Shown here in pieces: positions 38,549-53,000 of a stretch of DNA of 64,000 nucleotides. The stretch lies in assembly GCA_051362555.1 (NCBI GenBank), contig CM120645.1:13516001-13580000 (forward strand), given 5' to 3'. Both the position numbers and the translations under genes were made by a program. Source of the DNA: Lingula anatina. Lineage: Eukaryota > Animalia > Brachiopoda. The stretch's first letter is position 1. The number at the start of each line of letters is the position of its first letter. The notes beneath the pieces were generated by a model. That model worked only from the letters and a program-made list of their open reading frames with translations. It did not search any database and was not told the DNA's origin.

Positions 38549-41505
38549 GTTTACACAAGTCGAGTGTGTGTGTACTTCTGTGTGTGTGTGTGTATGCACC
38601 AGCTCGTTCGAGCGTGTCCCTCTACTTCTTTGTGCGTGAGTGAGTTTGTCATGTTGGGGCACGGCACCATTGTGGGTTTATGTCACTGGCGCTACAGCGG
38701 TAGACGAAGGAACTTTGTTGGCATTAAAACACAAGAAAGCAACACTGAAAACTGCATTTGCTCGGTTGAAGGTGCGAATAAGAGCAATTTGGTCCGACGG
38801 GATATTGCTGTTATATCATATCGCCAGCCCCTCTGACAAGCTGCCGAAAATCCAATTGCATTATTAGGTGAATCATCGGGCAATTGCTTTAATAACACTA
38901 AAAAGGCAAAGTTTTTACATTTTCATTTCCCCAAGTGTTGATTTCCGCTGTGATCAGACACTGTATTAATCAATGGTATCGAGATAAATGATAATTTTGC
39001 TATCACAATTGCATCACTCTGAAGATAATTATTTTAGAAACACGAAAAACGTTTCAAGTTTTCCGATTGTGGCGGCTGGCAGTTGCTTTTTCATTGCGCA
39101 CTATTACGAGGGAAATGCCGTTAATTTCCATTTGTTTTTATTGTAATGCTCACGTACGTACCGACTTTTTGGCATTAATTAAATGTATGTCTTCAGTTTT
39201 GTCTATACAGGAACAATCCTATTTCATCATAAAACAAGGTGGAAAATTTCATCAAACAATCTTGAACATAAGGTTTGGTTACCCTCTACCAGGGTGACTG
39301 ATAGATTTTTACGGATATTCACAGATATGTCTCTAGCTAGATAGATTGTCATTTTTAACTGAAGTCAAAATATCCGTAAAAATCTATCAGTCGCCCTGGT
39401 AGAGGGTAAGGTTTGGTAGCCTGTGTGTGTGTGCGTGTGGGAGCACGCGCGAGTCTGTAAATGTTGTTTATCTTTGTGCATGTGAATTCGTGAATGTTTA
39501 AGCGCATGTCATCACGTGTGATTGCACGCATCTGCTTCTTTGTGCACTATATTCTACATTCATTGGATGAGACCTACATGTATGCTACATGTATGCACAC
39601 TCTAAATGAGATCGTACATATATCCATTTCGTTAATTTCCTCGTGTTTACTGGAACTTAACGAGTATTGACATAACATCCGTGTTGTTTAGACAGCCTAC
39701 CAGCATTCCAGGTGCTTTTCCTTAATTTTTCTGTGCATCGTGCCTTTAACTAAATCTAACATATAAACAGCTGCCATCATATTGTTACATATGGAAGCTG
39801 AGCAAATTGTTTTGTCGCTTGATTTCCCATCTGAATGTGTGAAATAGTATAGCAAAACATTATCTAAACAAAAAACCCTCCTCGACTGCATCAATATGCG
39901 TACATGTAACTGGACTTCTGCTGTGCACTTAAAACTTAGCGGTAAACATAAGTGTACAAAACGATGTCCTCATTTACAATTTTTTTATATAAAATGCGTC
40001 TCATTGTGTGTAGTGATGTCGATAAATGGTGCTGATACTACCTACAGTAGGTCGCAGTACACTGTGCACCAGGTCACGTCGGGTCAGGAGAATGTTGCTA
40101 TGGTGACAAATGATGGTCTGAGTGCATGCACTCTGTACCAGAGGCCAGCTGGGTTAGGAAGTCTTTATTTTTATTTACAAAAATTCCCGCGGAACAGCAC
40201 AGAAATGTGTTCAGATTAACCAGAAAAAAATAATTGAATGTCTAGTTTAAAAAATTCTCGCCGTGAGACTGATACAGGGAAGCATTCCTTCAGAGCTAAA
40301 CACCCCTCTTCACCCCCACGGACATTTACCCCCACACCCACCCACCCACCCCTGACCCCCACCTCCGGGGACCACCTTCCCCTAGTTCAAATCCCCTCCA
40401 CACATGGTATAAATCAGCCAATTTTTTAGGCTTATCTTCATGTTTAGCCCCTTAACTTGACAGAACATGGTAGGTCATAACAGGGACGAAGAGCAGAGGA
40501 TAAATGCATGGTTGCAGTTTCTTTTTTCATGTTTATCCACACGTGAAATGTCTTGGTTGCTTTTACGTAAGGGAATACAATGTTTTATAAAACGCAATGT
40601 AACTTTTTATTAACATGTTAAGACACACGACTCCCTTCCTGTTGTTCAGGAACAAAAAGCAAGAAAAAAAGAATGCCTTTCGAAAAAACTAGATAATACG
40701 AATTATGGAATTCGATATGCTACGACGGGAAATTATAAATGATCCGTAGGATATTACTGATAGCAGGTTCAGCTATTAATTTATCTTAGCTAAACCTACA
40801 GGTAGTTGGGATAGAGCGTGAATAGTTTTATATTGGTAACTTAATAGTATTGCTATTATAAAAGGAATAATTTAGCTGTTCATCATTTCAGTGTGTACAG
40901 TACGTGTACATCTCACTTGAGAACTAAAAGCACCCGCATTAATAAATCACCTAATTAAATGTGCTAGGCCCTATAACTCACACGCGATGTCTGTTTTAAA
41001 TGCATGGTCATTGCATAGTGTTGCTAGGGCACTAATAACACCTTACTCTTCAAATGGAGATCATTTAATGAGATATCCTCGTTTCTTAACTCAAAATAAG
41101 AACAAAGTGTAAAGAAATAATTCCATATGACACTAAGGCACGTTTTGTATAGTACATCCTGATTCAAACTTTTGTGAAAAATTGTCCCCGATTTTCCTGT
41201 TTTGGCATCCATTCTTCAGTCACATTCGCGTGGAAGACCATAACATAATGTAAGACACACACGTACATACATATACTAGTATGTAGTTTTACGTCTGTTA
41301 TGACAGCACGTGCTAAGTATATACAAAAAATGCAAAAGGCATACAGATTCTCCTCACAGATATGTAGAGAAAAATGTAGTAATTAACAATGAGCTCGAGT
41401 TAAAAAATAATCAGTGATTCTCTACTTACCAGCAGATACGTACGTCGTCAGGGCAAGCAGCGTCGTCACCGCTATAAAAACGGAGCAAAATAACCTAAAA
41501 TCCAT
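34113..41505 (-). CDS. Nicotinic acetylcholine receptor alpha subunit (alpha9/alpha10-like), gene 1; exons 41505..41430, 37828..37677, 37102..37058, [36863..36754 or 36693..36584], 36062..35527, 35220..35024, 34508..34113
   Basis: All junctions are GT-AG and phase-compatible. Signal peptide MDFRLFCSVFIAVTTLLALTTYVSA; loop D SLWLRQ; loop A WKPD; Cys-loop CLMDINYFPYDTQRC; loop B FGSW; loop C YYSCCPEPY (vicinal Cys marks an alpha subunit); M2 SGEKVSFGVT; M4 QWQLIAYVIDRL. Confidence 0.92.
36133..36305. mobile_element. Harbinger/Tourist-like MITE in nAChR intron
   Basis: Imperfect TIRs AGCCCCCTTTACACTGGGCGGCGTCCTTTCTGCGT / ACGCAGAAAGAACGCCGGCCAGTGTAAAGAGGGTT, with TAA flanks. A related terminus is at ~30471. 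Confidence 0.6.
36584..36693 (-). CDS. nAChR gene 1 alternative exon 4b (loop A, His form)
   Basis: 110 nt, TTAG|...|GTAAGT; QWVDEILTWNPTDYHNISSFEVSISSIWKPDVTIHN. Confidence 0.75.
36754..36863 (-). CDS. nAChR gene 1 alternative exon 4a (loop A, Tyr form)
   Basis: 110 nt, TTAG|...|GTAAGT; QWVDEILTWNPLEYNNISSFEASIASIWKPDITIYN. Confidence 0.85.
39280..39408. mobile_element. 129-bp MITE with ~41-bp TIRs and 9-bp TSD (Mutator-like)
   Basis: TACCCTCTACCAGGGTGACTGATAGATTTTTACGGATATT / AATATCCGTAAAAATCTATCAGTCGCCCTGGTAGAGGGTA; direct repeat AGGTTTGGT at 39271-39279 and 39409-39417. Confidence 0.8.
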
Positions 41506-44096
41506 TCGTCACGGCCGGCTGAACTATTTTATGCGCTGATTTCATCAACACCTCCAGAATATCCCTAATGTCGTCTTTAGCAGCTACACCTGGGTGTGAT
41601 TATTTTAAATATAGTGTCAAGTTATCAATGACGTCCGCACTGTGCAGTGTATGTGTGGTTGTTCACAATCTACAGAGGTAAGGATATGCGTTCTTGACAC
41701 GGGCATGCGCAGTTCATCACCCGGAGAGGATGCCGCAGTTGATGAACACTGAAATCGCGTAGCCGGTAAATACTGCAATTATCTCTTTAGGTTCCTCTGC
41801 ATCGCCGCTTTTTGTCAATTCCCAATCGCTCACGCTGTCCGTCTTTACAATCCAGTAAAACGTGAGATCCGTTCGGATAGAGATAAACTTGCCCGGGGTA
41901 AGCTATAAATAGTACTAGGAGCCTAAGTGCGTGCACCAACTGTTTGTTAGTCTAAACCCCAAACATTTAGAGATCTCAGGTCGGCATCGAACCCCAGGTA
42001 TTACTGAATCATCGGTGAAATAAAACGGCAGACTAGCCACGTCATTCTGGACCAAATTGGGCTGTATCAGCTCCGCGTCTGACCACACAAACACGAGCGT
42101 TCTTGTTCATGATATTTCTAAACCTAATTTGTCCCGTTCTAGTGCTAGTGTCGATAGTAAAGAGAACTTATGACACAAATTACTGGGTTAATGATATAAG
42201 AATGGCGGGGAGAATGCGCTATTATTGCGCCATAATGCGCACATTTGACAACTCGGGCGAGACGTTTTGAATACTAGTTACTTTAAACTCATTCTGGGTT
42301 AGTTTATGCCACATATTGTAACAGAAGCTGAGTTTCAACTGTAAAGCGGGTCTTCGATTCAAAGAGCGGTAATACTTGTACAATGTACTCTCGTTTTTGT
42401 CGTATGTTGACGCGAGTAATTACAATTTATATAAACATCCTCAGCGTGCTTGTGGTACATTGTAATTTGTATACAGGAAAAATCAACATTTGTTTTTTGA
42501 ACGTTTGGGGGATATTAAGGGGGTTAACAATACATTTTAAGCAAAATAATGTTTTTCCCCGTTTCATTTGTGTGTGTGTGTTTGTGTGCGTGTGAGAGAC
42601 AATGTGTGTGAGAGAGGGGGGATCAATACTTAATACTAATGTTATTATCACTGTTCATTTTCTTCAATTCAATATTACCTTAAAGTCACATTCTGCCCTC
42701 TCTCTCTCTCTCTCTCTCTCACCTACATCATTTTCATTTATTCTGTGGAGTAACCTTTCGGTTCATGTAACCCATTAGCAAGGAAAACAAGATCACGGAA
42801 CTTCCGTGTAGTCTGTGCTGATTGAAATAAAAAAATAATATCATAAAAAAGTTAATATTTTATAATATTTGGTTTTGTTTACGAAGCATGAATATAAATA
42901 ATGGTATTCTTTTATCGATCTTCTTCTATGCTATATATAACTAATTGTGATGAGCACCTGTTTGGAAATTGGGATAGTTTTAATTCTGTTAAAGCGTTTT
43001 ATTATTTATTGTATTTAATCACGAAGAAGAAGTTACCAGTATTTACTTATCAGAACGATTATTATTGATGTATCATGCAATTTGCTATATGTAGGTCATA
43101 TCGTAGGCCTATACGTTAATATATTATTAAAAAAACGATAACTCTTAGGTCATAGATGCAGGTAAAATTTAAAAAAAATTGAAGTAAAAAAGGCTATGCC
43201 TAATTGCTTATGAAAAAAGTAGTGTGCATAAAAATGAGTAATAGAATAACTCTCAGCATTCACTGATTCAAGTGTAACAGGAAAGGAAGTCCGCGAGGAA
43301 CCGTAGTCCGCTTACATTTCTTTGTACAGGTGGCATTCGTCCAATACATGTATACTATCCCCAACACTCCCAACTAGCCCCAACTTGTACTAATCATATG
43401 GAGCCCGGACCTCCATTCCTGTTACACCGGACTAAAAGGAAGATGTCATATTTCCTTGACAAAATGTATTCCTTCTATAATTATTGAATATATTATTTAA
43501 TCTAACACGCGAATATTGGTGCAGGTGTGAAGTTGTAGGGGTGGCTTTCCAGTCTTCCCTTTCCAAAACTAAATGACGGACCAGCCCCTATTACGCTCTT
43601 AAGATAATTAAAAAAAGTTACCATACTTGTGGAAAGCCACATGGTCAGTAAAATGAGATGTGTTTATAATGCTTGAATAACTTACAAATCTTGTGAATAC
43701 GTATATGTAGCTCATCATTATTCTGAGCCCTGGATGTGATATGTGGTGTGTTATCCATGAAAAAAGATAAGTAATCCTTTATCATTTTCTCCCTGCATTT
43801 TGACTGAAAACATTCCCCTATTCTACTATGTCTATGGCTTCTCCCTTAGGGCTTTCTGTCATACCAAACTTGACTAAAACACAATATAATGTGCCGTAGC
43901 ACATGTCTGCTAAAGAGCCAAAAACCTTGAAATGATTTTGAAATCGATAAGCTATAATACATCTAAAATCAAGCATAACTGTAATGAGTTCGAAAAATTA
44001 AACAATCATAATGGAAAAATAAAAAAATAGATGTTTAATGAATTAAAAGGATTAAAAGTTATAAGTACCTTAAAAAGGCCGTTTCTGAATACACAG

Positions 44097-44098
<2 letters not shown>

Positions 44099-44166
<68 letters not shown>
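44099..44166. repeat. (AT)n microsatellite
   Basis: Perfect dinucleotide run. Confidence 0.95.
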
Positions 44167-44169
<3 letters not shown>

Positions 44170-44322
44170 CGTCAGAATTATATCATTATTCCCAAGTATT
44201 TTATACCAATATTCAGTACAACTATCCTTCGTCAAACTATTTACACACACACACCTAATACTGGTAAAATAATTCCTATGAACACCTCAGATACGCAAAG
44301 TACGGAAATAGGTTCGTATAGA

Positions 44323-47300
44323 TTACTGCGTACTGTATCTGGTTCGCTGAAGTTGATCATCACACGGGGGAGTGTTAGCGAAGAACCAGATAGTCGCCAC
44401 GGTAGATAATATGAGGAAAGTATACAACACCAGTCTATCTATGACCACGGCTACCATCTCCCATTCCGTTTTCAATCGCTCTGCGGCCTTCTTTTCACGC
44501 CCGGTGCAATCCTCGCCCTTTAGGTTGCTTAAAATCTGGCGAAGCACACGCGTGGTGGCAGCGGAATTGGCGGTGGGATTTCCGCTTCCGCCATGAAGGC
44601 TCATTTCGTCTTGTGAGCTGTAAGGGTTGCTGTCGCTGAAGTGGGTTGGATATCGTGGTTTTTCACTGTCTCGGATGCTGTAGATGCTGCCGTTCGCTAT
44701 ACTGTCATATATGTCGCCGTTTGATGAAAGCCGTGGTCGTCCATTTCGACTTTCGCTCTGAAATTACAAGTGATATATATTATCTATATGACTATGGTAG
44801 TTAATAATATTAAGTCATTCTACAAATATAAACCTTTCAAGAAGTTTCGAGATGTAATTTTATGGTAAAGATTAACTTTTATGTATTTGTTTATTATTTT
44901 ATTATTATTTTTTTTTGGGGGGGGGGGACTCTCTAAAGATACAAAACAGCTGAAAAAACTAGAGGTGCAGATTGTTGATAAAGACAAATAAAGTAAGCAT
45001 GGCAAATAATGGAGGAGAAATATGAACTTTAAAGAAAGTATAAGAAGCAGAATCATACATGTATAGGCTCTAATTTGAAAACGTTCTCTGCATCTTCATC
45101 AAGCGCCGTTTTGATTGCTTTCCTCTTGCAGACGATTGTGCCTAAAAACCCCAAGACCAGCTTCCTCATCCAGTTGGGCATCTCGTGACCTCGTTCTCCG
45201 CTGAAGTGAATGTTGGACACCACGATGCTGCTCATGGTGGATATACACAGTAATAGTAGGACAATGCCCAGGTACATACCTGCAACGGCGGAAAAATATA
45301 CGGAAAACTGTGTGAAATTATATGGACTTTTTCCTTTTTTCTTCGTAAAATACGGATTCTTTGAAAATAAGAGTTTTCACTTTGAAAATATCAATATGAA
45401 TTTTTTCAGTTATTTTTTCGATGTAAAAATACTTATAAAGGTATAATTAATGGATTTGATTTTCTGTGTGCACTTGGAAGTATAACGAACTTCTCAGGAC
45501 AAAGAAATAACTAGGTTTCGACTTAAGTATAGATATGCGTGTGGGCAAATATTACCTCGTGCAAGTTATTTTTTTCTTAATGCTAAAAAATGGAATAATA
45601 CATAAATAAATTACTGGTACAATTTATTCATATCTTTAAGGGTCACCGGCAAAAATTCTTAAACTGACTGACTAGCTACATGAATTGTGGAATTATTCTC
45701 CTTAAAGACATCTAGGATTTGACATCTCAACTTACTTAATACTGGAACCACTTCAGACTGAGTAGGCGTTAAATCCGAAACCAGCTGCAAGAATACCATC
45801 ATGGCCAACACAGCAGTCACACCAAACGACACTTTCTCTCCGGACTCCACCGGTAGGTAGAAACTCACAGCCGTCATGGACAAAACCACAATACAAGGCA
45901 AGATCAGATTGTACAGATAATACAGAGGTTTACGACACATGATCAGATAAAATGTGACGTCAGGGTAAGGTTCCGGGCAGCACCCGTAGACAGTGGAAGT
46001 TCGTATGGCGGGAGCAGCCATTAATTGCCACTCTCCATTTGGAACAAACGACGTCTGGTCTCCCGTCGCGCTCTTGTTCCGCAGATCCAGCTGGTAACCA
46101 TGGAAATGCCAGGAACCAAATTTTACTGGGCAGGCTTGTTTGTCGTATGGGAAGTAGTTGATGTCCATAAGACAGCTGCTCTTCAGGATGAGTGGATACC
46201 CCCACGTGACCTTGCCGTCGCTGTGGACCGTGGCGGGAAATCCGCTGACATCTCTCTCCTCCTCTCGTACACTGCAGTATAGAGGATGATTTGAATTCAA
46301 AGAATGCATTAACAGATTGGATGAATAATAAAATGAATAAATAGATAAATAAATAAATGGATAAAAAGTAAAATGCTGAATGTTTATTTCAAATAGTAAT
46401 TATTGATTACACGATGTATTTCACTATGTAGGCTACTTGCATGCCATCACAAACACACACACACACACACACACACACATAATGGAATAATGCCCCCTCC
46501 AAATCTAATAATGCAATTCTAATGAAAAGTCAATTTAATATTTTATAAAGCACTTATATGTATTTCTCACTATACGTGTGTACTACCTTGTTTTCCATTT
46601 GTGTAATTCACGTAATATTAAAAACAGGCTTATATTTAACCACCTTCAATTACTTCTTCATATGATTTGAACTGTATCGAATACAAGTTTGTATTGAAAC
46701 GTTACATATTAGTCTACGATATTTCATCATAAATGAGGTTACCTGCAGCATGTGTATGCGCCATTACAATTTTTTATCGTTATTTGATTACATCATGAAT
46801 CAATTAAAGGTGAAAGATTAGTTTTTTCTTCTCTATTTTTTTCTGTGCATATTTATGTTTATGTGTGTTTGGGCATGCGTATATGCGCGTATATGCGTAT
46901 ATGTGCTCGCCTGCATGTGTGTGAATGTAAACGTGTGTGTTTATATGTGTTTGTGATTGGGTGCGTGTTGTGAGTTAGTACGTGTGTGCGCATGTGTAGG
47001 GCCTACTTGCGCCTGCGTGCATGTTGAATGTTTAATCACACATACTCATTATATATAGTAGTGTCCGGATTCCATATGCTATCAATGGCGACATCGAAAC
47101 TAGTGATGTTGGCGTGCTCGGACACATTCCATGTGAGAATTTCATCTTTCCATTCCTGAGAATAAAGTTGAAAGATTATTAAGGCTCAGTGGTGTTCAGC
47201 TGAATTTTCGAAAATTTTGGACAGACTTCATAATGAGAGACACTAGAAGACCTACATCGCTTCAATGGATACGATCGCGGACATACAGACTTGACATTTA

Positions 47301-49975
47301 ATATGGAATATTTCAGTTTCGAAGGTATACCTAGGTAAAAATACGTTCTTTTTTTCAAAAACATCTTATCTCATATAAGATTTGTGAATGTAAAAGTGTG
47401 CAGTCAGGTGTGTCACTACCAATTAACTGACTTTCATGCCTATTGCACTGCTACATTATGTAATTTGCAGTGATTTAATTGGGTAGTGTTCCTTTGGGCT
47501 GATCAAAGCTTGGCTTAGGCAAAGCTTGGTTTTGTCAAAAAAGTATCCATATTTCGACAACTACTGCATAGAAGAATTTGAAATTTTGCATGCAAGCGGT
47601 CAGTTTTGCAGTGCGTAAAATGAGTCAAGTAGTGCATTACAAAGTTGTTAATCTAAGGCAGAATGGCGCGAAAAAGACAAACATAACCAGACAGATCATA
47701 GCGCCAAACGGAACGGTCCCCACAGTTTTATAGAGTAATGCCCAGACTGATGTACCTACACAGAGGTCACCCCCAATGTGTCAAAATTTTACCTACAGGG
47801 TACAGGACCCACTGTCTATCGGGATACGCTGCTGCAACTAAACAAAAAACATTTAGTCCGTTCAGAACGAGGGGTAAATTGCCACTAAAATGCGTTTTTC
47901 AAAGCCCTTAGCGAACACCAAACTGGTTTTAGCAGGTAAGAACACCAAATGACCTCCGAGGTACCCACTGTATACAGCAAAACATCGTCAACTGTTTCTC
48001 TCATGAATTGGGGGCCATGAACGATTCTGGGTAGAACACTGAAACTGCGTGACTTTCTTTATTGAGGTCAGATTTCACCTGTACCGCCCAATTAGTCAAA
48101 ACAGAGTTTACAGATATCCAGAAGAGGCCTACGACGAAGCATATGCCGGGTCTAAAGTGACAAGGGTGATTGACAGCGTCAATATTTGGAGTAGATTCCA
48201 CATTGGTGCCAAAACACCAATGGTAGTCATCGACGAAAACCTGAACCAGATCAAATAAAGGAATAATCTCGGAACCACTTGACTATCATTTGATAGGGGG
48301 CACCTTAGGAACAAGTCTAAGTTGCACGATGAGGTTGATGGTTCACACAGAGCACTTTTAATAGCAGATAACTTACAGAACCAAGGGAATGAGCAGCTAC
48401 CCTGGTCATCAAAATCGCCACATTTGAACCACATAGACAATATTTCGGTAGACCATTATTCACCAATCAACTGCCTACATGTCCTACAACAAAACTGGAC
48501 CAGATTGGACAATTTTAGACCGATGCCTGGAATGCTATTCCAGATTGAACTCTAAAAACCTACCCCCAAGAAATGCCTTGCCGCTTGAGAGCGCTGGCAA
48601 CAGCCACGAAGAGGCCAGGCGTAACAACGAGCATTACTGTGACTAGCAACTGACATGAGGGTCTTTTGTGGAGCGTATTACCCTTTTACAGACGATAATT
48701 TGGAAAATATGGAGATCCAAAATATCTCTTTTAATGGGGGTCGTATGACATAGAATAGGCAATGTGTTTTTGTTTGCTTCTCTGGCGAATTCCATTAATG
48801 AACTGATGTCACAATGACATCAAAGAGATAATTTAAAGTTATTAAAACACGATATTAATCCTTATTTTCATTTATCAGTCAGCAAAATAGGAAAAAACTG
48901 ATGAAAAATTATTTCGAAAAAAATATTCCATATTAAATGTCAAGTCTGTATAACAGTGACAATTCATTGATATTTCAGAAACACTGAACCTGTGGCTCAT
49001 TAACCCTTATTTGACATAGCCATGTCTGATAACCAACATATAAATTATTCTTTTAGCTTTAATTATTTAAAAACATATCAGTACTGAAAACACTGTCGCA
49101 GACATTTAATTTATCTCCTAAATCACTTCACAGTGTACTTTTAAAAGCTGCTGGCTTGAGCAACTTCGAGTGGAAATAACAATAACATTGAAATATATTC
49201 AACAGAAATGAACTGATTAATTCAAATTAATGGTCAATATAAAAGGTCTTTGATACCATGGATCCACCGGCATTTTACCTAATAATAAGGTTCAACCCTG
49301 ATACATGTAATACTACAAGAACAAAAAATAAATACCGGTGTGACAGGAATGGCAGTATGCTGGGAACCGGATAGTCTGTGTCCCATTACTTTGTACAGGG
49401 GGCATTCGTCCCCTATACTAACGACTTACCCGAATAACCCGGTACTAATCATATGGGACCCGGTGTAACGTGCTAGAGAGCCCCTCATGATGGAGATTCC
49501 GCTTCCATTTTATTTGTGAGGTAAGCCTCGCCTTAGAATTTGACCCACTACATTACACCAAGTTAACCCTAACCATTATAACTAAATGAAGGTCAGTTAC
49601 ACGGACTCTCAGTTTTGTAACACCGGGACTTCCATTCCCAGGACTACCATTCCTGTCACACCGGCAATGACTCCAATTACCTGTCTCACCCACAGACTGA
49701 CGAACAGCGTCTGCTCTGCTGCGTTCTGAAACAACAATTAAAATGCTTTAAAAAGGTCCAGAGGGTTCGTACGACATTCCATGAAATTTTCTTATATTCA
49801 TTATGTGTTGCACGCAATAAGGCTTTCAAAATTATGTTCTCAGTTTAAACCAATGTAAGTGACTGAAGATACGTGAAATTGTAATCCGTAATTTAAGGAC
49901 TATAATATATGTAAATAGCAGGGGTATATCTTCTCTTCTGTATTGTGAAATGCAATTGGATTATAACGAAATCGT

Positions 49976-50019
<44 letters not shown>

Positions 50020-53000
50020 AGATCCTTACCAATTCAATAACTTGGTTAACACTTATATCTATTTTCACAGTAACTGTGTGGTTCGGATTTACAACCGGCC
50101 TGTTGTCTGCGTCATATTCAGAGAGGAGATTTTTCTTAAGGTTGACCAAAGTTGTATAAGTAAACGAGTGTGCCGAAACTGAGATGACTGAAAAATAAAA
50201 AATATAAATGTTAAAAAAACAGTCATGCGTGGGTGCTAACGAGGCAACCGATGGGAACAATTCTTTTAGTGTAATATAAAGTGTATATAGACAGAGGTAG
50301 GGGTTGGTATTAGAGGGCTAGTGGATGGGACGTGGGCGAATGAAGTGTCTCGGTCTTGAGCCTGTTTTGGTACAATCCATTATCCATTACTTATGACATA
50401 GGTTTTATTACTCTACGCTTTCTCGTCTTGGCCTCCTTTTTTTAAAGTCCCAAAAATGTATATATGACCTTATTCAAATAGACACATCGTACTAGTTAGG
50501 TCGATCCAACTCTGAGGGGCATACATCCCCAACCATTGCAATCAGCTTAATTATCTGGGTAATTAACTTTATACTAGCTGCACGAGGAGGTGTGTCATTC
50601 TTAAAGCTGATCGCACTTAGTGAGAACCCCCGCAGAGTAAGACCGACCCAAATGGTTCGATGTGTCTACCTGAAAGCTTCCTATAACTGCGAGAACTATT
50701 GAGTCTTTTTGTATGTTATGTGATGATCAGGTGAGAAAGAGTGTGAATAGCAATAAGAAATGAACCCGCTTTACTCTAAATATATAGACTCGTAATTGTT
50801 AATGCAATTAAGAAGTAGCCCCCTACCCCATCTCGCCCTTTCCCCATTACCAACACTGCAAAAAATAATGTATTGTTATTTTTCAAAGAGCTATAACAAT
50901 TAACTCTATTGTAACCTAATGCGATGATAGCAACTCATTGATTTCCGCAACATAAAAGCGAAAATGACCCAATGTTTCGCCCACGAAAATTGATTTTGGT
51001 AAAATTGCTTCCTAGAGTTGATAAAAAAATAAGAGTCAATAACTTCTGACTGTACAGAAATTAACCTCACTTTCCCACATACATCATAATTTGTTTTGAT
51101 GAAGTTCTGTAGATTACGAGGTTCCGTTGGTTTATTATCTATGGTTATTCCTTCAGAGAGGCTATTGACCGAACTGTGCTGTAGGTCTGCCCCTGCGAAA
51201 ATTTGTCTCATTTAACGCTCACTTACGGTTCTCAATCTGTCATAGAACATAATGTTTTCTCTTTTAATGGAAAATGTACTTAATCTGTTCTAGGACATTC
51301 TGAAGGACTTCCCCAAAACAGTTCTGGAACTGTTACATTCAATATCAGAACAACATTAGAACTGTAAAAAAAAAAAAATACACCAAATGTTCTAAAAGAG
51401 ATTGAGAACCGTAAGTGAACGTTAAATAAGACACATTTTTAGCAGGGGTGCTGCCTTTAATACATAAACTACAAAGGCAAAAATGGACTTTTCAAGATAT
51501 TGTTTTTACAATTGGCTATGAAATGGACCTCTTTCAGTGACTCAAAGCACATATCATACTGGGCAATCCATCCAGTTGCAAAACAGAAACTGTAACTGTT
51601 GTTAAGAGGAGGGGGTACAAAACTTAATTGCCACACTTAAAATTCACATTTTCAAACCGTGTTTGTTCTTGAAAGAAATGAGCATCCAATATTTTCAATT
51701 AAAATATTCCACGTATCTCGGCAATGATGTCTCTACCAGAGGTGGGTGTGCTTTCCCTAGTAAAATTTTAATTTTAGAATAAATATTTGAGGGCAGTGCA
51801 GTCTACAATCTGAATTCTTTGATTTGAATATTTAATAAAAAAAAAAGAAATGCCATTTATTTATTTTACACTTACTGCTTTAATTGGATATTAAAAATAA
51901 ATTTCCGGTTATACGTGTAATGACGGCGATTGCCAAACCCATAATAACACGTTTACAGCCGCATACATCGACAAATTGCAACACTCAAAAGATATTATAT
52001 TTACCATGCCAATACAAAAGAATAAGTACATTAGCTGTGAAGTCAACTTTACTGCCGACTTTCGTTCTCCCATGAACCGAAAACGAGTCACATGATGTTG
52101 ACCTAATTTTACCATGACGTTGCTAACTTTTTCCTTAATTGCAAATAATGGAATTTCTATGTTTCTTTAATGTAATGTTTATCAGCCTGCTATGTGAATA
52201 CATTTTCCTCTTGTGTCGTCTGACATGTACAGATCTGAAGAAGCCAGCCTTCCTAATTTGGCAGAGAGATTGCACAGGCACCGTTAACACGTGCTTTGTC
52301 GCCGAAAGTAGGTTACGCGCGTCGCCTACAGCGAAATGTTAATTTCTGCATACAGCATGATTTTAAAGCCAATTGAAATATTTTAGTGGGATTTATGGCC
52401 AAAATAAAAACAGTCCAACAATAAAAAAGCAGTCCAGTTGGCAAATTGGCGACACAGATTGCTTTAAAGTGTGAAAATAAGTTGGAAACGTCGACAAAAC
52501 CGTAGGAACTGCTAGCCCTGTCTGGCTAGCGGGCTACCGAAAATGTTGAGCTATGGGCAAAGATTTTTTCTCATATATTACACAACGGATGCTCAGATCT
52601 AGTGAACAGCTGAAATATGCCATAAGCCATTTGGAATTTCTGATTGTATACACCGCAGAGGCGTGGTTTTAGTGGCTTGCCTTATGATGCAATTTAACCT
52701 TAGACCCCATTCCCAGATATTAGATCGATCCAACTAAATCGACCTAACTCCCTGGTGGTTCACGCAAAATAGCTGTCAGACGAAAGTTAATTACCCCCTT
52801 TCAGCTTAGTAGTAGTCGGGACGGACATTTAAGCCGGATAATCTGACAGTAATCTAGTGAGACTCCCCACGGGGATAAATCGATCTAAAATCTATGGGAA
52901 TGCGCCCTTTGTCACATACCAATTGAACATGTCATTTAACCAGCATGGTATACTTGTAGACTGGATGAGTGATTATGACTTGAATAAACACGAGACGACC

